A stretch of DNA of 64,000 nt. Source: Sedimentisphaeraceae bacterium JB056 (lineage in GTDB: Bacteria; Planctomycetota; Phycisphaerae; Sedimentisphaerales; Sedimentisphaeraceae). A program made the translations under genes and the position numbers. Position 1 is the first letter of the stretch. Every line of letters begins with the position of its first letter. The stretch is from the NCBI GenBank assembly GCA_044440125.1, contig JBITAJ010000028.1, positions 234,230-298,229 on the forward strand, written 5' to 3'. Of this stretch, positions 62,924-64,000 are shown one piece after another. Below the pieces are notes generated by a model, which saw nothing but the letters and a program-made list of their open reading frames with translations, made no database searches and was not told where the DNA came from.

Positions 62924-63018
62924 GTCCGTGTGGGTTTAAAACGTAAAAAGCCTTCAGAGACGAACCCTTGAAGGCTTTGTAAATTCATAGTTGTAGATTT
63001 ATAACCATAAAAGCGGCT
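62924..63018 (-). repeat. Copy B of a 95-bp direct repeat containing a terminator hairpin
   Basis: 88/95 identical to 63719-63813; AAAGCCTTCA...TGAAGGCTTT stem. Confidence 0.9.
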
Positions 63019-63039
63019 TGTCTTACTCACCTATGCCGC

Positions 63040-63636
63040 TCACTTGTTTTTATTTCTTCTTTCTTTTCTTACTTTGTACAATCGTTCTGTGAAGCCGCCA
63101 TTGGTTTCAAAATCATTAGCGAGCCGATTTACCTGTTTGTTGAGCAGATAGATTTCGAGATTCAGCAGAGACAGCACTGCGTTGGCCACTAAAATTGCAG
63201 ATTTCAAGGACTTACACGGACTATCACAGACAAACACTTTTTTCTCCTGCTCTATCCATTGCGTAAAGCCCTCAATACTATCGCAACGAATACTCTTGAA
63301 ACGAGTAAGAGTTGGATTATCAGGCTCCAATATCGGCAGGTTTCTCTGACGCAGAAAATCTTCATAATCCAGCTTTAACTCTTCCAATGAAGCCCTTGCC
63401 ACATTAGTAAGCTTAAGCTCTGTCTTTTTTGATGTAGCTGAGGCAACGGAGCCTTCTGCGATGTTCTGCACGCCGCTGCGAGCCGCCTGCACCATTTGAT
63501 CTTTAGTACGACTAAACCTATCAATATACCTATCACAAAACCTGACAGTTATATCATAAATTAGTTGTGAAATCTGAAAACTTTTAAGATTTCGATACCC
63601 TCCATGAGGTAAAATCAGTTTCTCCTTATCATCCAT
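63040..63636 (-). CDS. Four-helix-bundle protein with suffix domain (bAvd/23S-IVP-like)
   Basis: HGGYRNLKSFQ, RTKDQMVQAARSGVQNIAEGS, VARASLEELKLDYEDFLRQR, GGFTERL. Confidence 0.9.
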   Translation of the reverse strand: MDDKEKLILPHGGYRNLKSFQISQLIYDITVRFCDRYIDRFSRTKDQMVQAARSGVQNIAEGSVASATSKKTELKLTNVARASLEELKLDYEDFLRQRNLPILEPDNPTLTRFKSIRCDSIEGFTQWIEQEKKVFVCDSPCKSLKSAILVANAVLSLLNLEIYLLNKQVNRLANDFETNGGFTERLYKVRKERRNKNK

Positions 63637-63718
63637 AGAAGATAATATACAACAATCACCAAAAAATTTCAAGCCTGAACTTGTGTCTGTCCGTGTCAGT
63701 CAGTGCTTGTCCGTGTAA

Positions 63719-63813
63719 GTCCATGTGGGTTTAAAACAAAAAAAGCCTTCAAGGACGAATCCTTGAAGGCTTTGTAAATTCATAGTTGTAGATTTATAAC
63801 CGTAAAAGCGGCT
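63719..63813 (-). repeat. Copy A of the 95-bp direct repeat: 16S trailer plus terminator
   Basis: About 65 nt downstream of the 16S 3' end; AAAGCCTTCAAGGA-CGAA-TCCTTGAAGGCTTT stem with T tract on the minus strand. Confidence 0.9.
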
Positions 63814-63875
63814 GACATAACTCGCTTGATCTATTAAATGTGGCATTACTGCCAAGACCAAACGTCTAAGTTATC

Positions 63876-64000
<125 letters not shown>

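Noticed and set aside
63040..63636. Diversity-generating retroelement (Avd-like gene plus a roughly 100-bp repeat pair)
   Set aside because: No reverse transcriptase, neither repeat lies in a target ORF, and mismatches are not confined to adenines of one copy.

Overview
Bacterial chromosomal segment, most likely from a Planctomycetota/Phycisphaerae-type organism. That assignment is an inference from the groEL-groES-groEL-dnaJ-grpE cluster plus a third groEL, Tat sulfatases, a prepilin/H-X9-DG protein, C-terminal dockerin-like motifs and a 16S gene not followed by 23S. Housekeeping genes: cmoAB, two chaperonin operons, serS, recG, tilS, ribD, aroF, galE, ispG, lexA, recO, tRNA-Gly, tRNA-His and the 3' end of a 16S rRNA gene. 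There are two glycan-use loci: an AraC/GH2/SSS/sulfatase locus and a LacI/heparinase-II-III/pilin-like locus. Most interesting: (1) an AT-rich, translationally coupled four-gene operon (13696-18874, minus) encoding a PRTase-like protein, an ORC/CDC6-like P-loop ATPase, a tandem CARF-like protein and an N6-type DNA methyltransferase with no restriction nuclease, a candidate uncharacterised anti-phage system; (2) a four-helix-bundle gene between two copies of a 95-bp segment carrying the 16S terminator hairpin, with 10-bp tandem repeats, and a repeat-flanked remnant of the same family beside the defence island, suggesting a transposase-less mobile cassette; (3) a 142-aa ORF overlapping the lexA 5' end by more than 200 nt and ending in a QxxLF-like motif; (4) exact sigma-54 promoters in front of both chaperonin operons. 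All calls are from visual inspection; no database searches were run.
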